Assembly: GCA_965248835.1 (NCBI GenBank)
Contig: CBDFLJ010000002.1
Span: 1,920,001-1,984,000, forward strand
Direction: 5' to 3'
Length of the DNA stretch: 64,000 nt
Source of the DNA: Alphaproteobacteria bacterium
Lineage (GTDB): Bacteria > Pseudomonadota > Alphaproteobacteria > MPNO01
Positions 61,818-64,000 of the stretch are shown one piece after another. Positions within the stretch are counted from its first letter, which is position 1, and every line of letters begins with the position of its first letter. The notes beneath the pieces were generated by a model, which searched no databases, was not told the origin of the DNA, and saw only the letters and a list, made by a program, of their open reading frames with translations. The translations under genes and the position numbers were made by a program.

Positions 61818-61920
61818 CCCGCGGCGCGAAACCCTAGCGATCCGGTGAAAAATTCAAAACGCCGCCGCGGCGAAACCCGGCGATTTCACCCGTCCGGCCG
61901 GGCGCCGTATAGTCACGTCC

Positions 61921-62109
61921 ATGCGTTACGTGCTGATCGGACTTGCCTTCGGCGCCGCATGGGCGGCGACGCAACTCCTGCGGGGCGAGATGACCGCGCC
62001 GGTCCAGCTCGCCGTTCCGGTCGTCCTGTGCGGCGGCTTCGGAGGACTCCTGTGGGGGATCCGCGTCTTGATCCTGCGCCTCAGCCGGCGCTCCCGATCC
62101 GCGCGGTGA
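61921..62109 (+). CDS. Small hypothetical membrane protein (two TM segments)
   Basis: MRYVLIGLAFGAAWAATQ...LAVPVVLCGGFGGLLWGIR followed by an Arg-rich tail; divergent from LysR. Confidence 0.55.
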   Translation: MRYVLIGLAFGAAWAATQLLRGEMTAPVQLAVPVVLCGGFGGLLWGIRVLILRLSRRSRSAR

Positions 62110-62470
62110 CCTCGATCTCGACCTTCATCTCCGGCAGCGCCAGCGCGGCGATGACAGTGGTGTTGGCCGGGCGGATGTCGGCGAACGCCGCACCGATCAC
62201 CTCGCAGACCGGCATCAGATCAGCCCGGTCGGCGATGTAGACCACCACACGCAGCACGTCGGCGAGGCGCGCACCGGCCTCGTCGAGCGCCGCCTCCAGA
62301 TGGCCGAGCGCGAGTCGGGTCTGCGCCGCCGCATCGGCCGGAAACGTGCCCGCGCTCCGGTCCATGCCGGTGGTTCCGGAGACATAGACCATCTCGCCGT
62401 CGACGATCGCCCGCGAGAAGCTCGCCAGGTCTTCGAACGGCGTGCCGGTGGAGATGCGCCGCCGGCTCAT
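62081..62470 (-). CDS. Rid (YjgF) family protein
   Basis: RISTG..FE....FSRA, VSGTTG, RPANT, KVEIEVTA. Confidence 0.88.
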   Translation of the reverse strand: MSRRRISTGTPFEDLASFSRAIVDGEMVYVSGTTGMDRSAGTFPADAAAQTRLALGHLEAALDEAGARLADVLRVVVYIADRADLMPVCEVIGAAFADIRPANTTVIAALALPEMKVEIEVTARIGSAG

Positions 62471-62480
62471 CGGCACCGGC

Positions 62481-63668
62481 TCACAGCTTGCTGTCCCGGC
62501 TCGGCAGGCCGAGCAGGATGCGGCCGTAGTTCGCGCCCTGGGCATCCCAGGCCAGCGCAATATGGGAAGCCAGCGTGTGCATGTCGCGCCAGTGGCGCTG
62601 CAGCGGCGAGCCTTCGGCGTTGCCGGTCGCTCCGCTGAGAGCCATCAGCCGGTCGACCGCCTGGACCAGCAGCTTGCCGGCAAAGCCGTCGTTGCGGCGC
62701 CAGCGGTGGCGCTCTTCCAAGCTCGGCACCTCGCCGGCCTCGGCCCGGGCATGAACCTCCTCGCAGTCACGCCGCAGCAGCGTCCAGGCCGCGTCGATCT
62801 CGGCCGCCGCCTCGCCGGCGCGGAGCTGTGCCGTCGGCTCATCGGCGAGCCTGGAACCGCTTTGCATGCGCTGGCTGGCGAGCCGCTCGATCACCAGAGC
62901 CAGCGCGCCGCGCGCGATCCCGACCGCCGGCGCGACGATCCCTTTGCCGAACAGCGAGAACAGCGGCATCCGGTAGAGCGGGCCGGGGTTGACCGTGCTG
63001 CCCCGCGTCGGCTCGCCGCGGCAGGCCTCGGACCGGATGGTCCAGTCCTCGGCGATGAACAGGCCGCGGCAGACCATCGACTTGGAGCCGGTGCCGCGCA
63101 GCCCGGTGGTGTTCCAGTCATCGACCAATTCGACCGCGCTGACCGGCGCAAGCCCGTAGCGGTGCTCGAGCCCCTCGCGGTCGAGCCGGGGCGTCATCAT
63201 GTTAAAATGGTTCCACCGGCAGACATCGACGCCGCTTGCCAGGCTCCACGTCCCGTTCAGCACGAACCCGCCGTCGACTTGCGTGACGCGCGAATCCGCG
63301 GTCGGCGTCGAGCCTGCGATCAGCGCGTCCGCGTCCTCGCCCCAGACCGCGTCCTGGGCGTCGGCGCCGAACATGCCGTGCATCCAGGAATGGCTTGCTA
63401 CGACCGAATGCACCCAGGCGGTCGAGCCGCAGGCGGTGCCCAGTTCGGCCGCGATATCGACCTGCAGCATGTAGTCGAGCTCGTAGCCGTCGTAGCGCTC
63501 GGGCAGGTAGATCCGATAGAGCCCGGCATCTATCAACGCGGCCTGGGTCTCTTCGGGCAGGCGCCTGATCCTGTCGGCCTCCGCGGCGCGGGCCGCGATG
63601 CCGGGAAGCAGTTCGCGCGCCCGCTCGATCAGCTCGTCGCGTGTGACCGCGTTGGCGCTGCCGGCCAT
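62481..63668 (-). CDS. Acyl-CoA dehydrogenase-fold flavin-dependent monooxygenase (HsaA/C2-HPAH-like oxygenase component)
   Basis: P...GG-like PERYDG, C.STAW, G.WS.ASG, DDW.TTGLRGTGS, PLY, LQR.WRD.H....H. Confidence 0.87.
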   Translation of the reverse strand: MAGSANAVTRDELIERARELLPGIAARAAEADRIRRLPEETQAALIDAGLYRIYLPERYDGYELDYMLQVDIAAELGTACGSTAWVHSVVASHSWMHGMFGADAQDAVWGEDADALIAGSTPTADSRVTQVDGGFVLNGTWSLASGVDVCRWNHFNMMTPRLDREGLEHRYGLAPVSAVELVDDWNTTGLRGTGSKSMVCRGLFIAEDWTIRSEACRGEPTRGSTVNPGPLYRMPLFSLFGKGIVAPAVGIARGALALVIERLASQRMQSGSRLADEPTAQLRAGEAAAEIDAAWTLLRRDCEEVHARAEAGEVPSLEERHRWRRNDGFAGKLLVQAVDRLMALSGATGNAEGSPLQRHWRDMHTLASHIALAWDAQGANYGRILLGLPSRDSKL

Positions 63669-63679
63669 CGGCACAGCGC

Positions 63680-64000
63680 TCAGATGTCTGCGTAGGTATG
63701 GGACTCGGCCGCGCCGCCGGGATGGACCACCGCGCCGCCGGCCGCCGGGCCCACGGTCTGGGCATAGCGCCACAGCGCGCCGGACTGGAAATCGGTCTTG
63801 CGGGGCTTCCAGGCCCTCTTGCGCTTGGCCAGTTCCGCCCTGGTCAGCGCCACGTCGAGCCGCCCCTTGACCGCATCGATCGAGATCATGTCGCCGTTGC
63901 GGATCAGCCCGATCGGCCCGCCGACCGCAGCCTCGGGCCCGACATGTCCGATGCAGAAGCCGCGGGTCCCGCCGGAGAACCGCCCGTCGGTGATCAGCGC
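63680..64000 (-). CDS. ilvD: Dihydroxy-acid dehydratase, C-terminal part (gene starts beyond the window)
   Basis: [42 protein letters not shown]...YA..VGPA..GAV. Confidence 0.9.
   Translation of the reverse strand, partial: ALITDGRFSGGTRGFCIGHVGPEAAVGGPIGLIRNGDMISIDAVKGRLDVALTRAELAKRKRAWKPRKTDFQSGALWRYAQTVGPAAGGAVVHPGGAAESHTYADI

Overview
High-GC alphaproteobacterial chromosomal segment with Rhodospirillales-like gene order. Bases 1-36.6 kb are mostly core genes: tRNA-Lys(UUU), coaD, gyrA, ssb (with an apparent 1-nt frameshift), uvrA, trmFO, yajC-secD-secF, nlpD-pcm-surE-serS-tatCBA, scpBA, nagZ, a SPOR protein, argS, dgt, erpA and xth. Small insertions interrupt this block: a 2-hydroxyacid dehydrogenase/GST pair, a degenerate hpnC-like gene with hpnE and a PuuD-like gene, and a Fe3+ ABC permease/ATPase. 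Bases 36.6-52 kb and 57-64 kb are accessory catabolic regions. They hold a UbiD decarboxylase divergent from a heme-oxygenase-like diiron (HDO; CADD/PqqC/TenA-fold) protein, an LLM oxidoreductase, a signal-less TAXI protein, an MFS transporter, a TauD dioxygenase and an atypical dihydroorotate dehydrogenase. They also hold a DUF35-thiolase-molybdo-hydroxylase-CoA-transferase-crotonase operon with a perfect palindromic operator, and a LysR-HDO-(OphC/PhtD-like)-Rid-GlcG-(OphC/PhtD-like) operon. The best candidate for an undescribed system is the repeated pairing of HDO diiron proteins with aromatic-acid decarboxylase families in a catabolic setting. No transposase, integrase, CRISPR array or rRNA was recognised. 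All calls come from reading motifs by eye; no database search was run.
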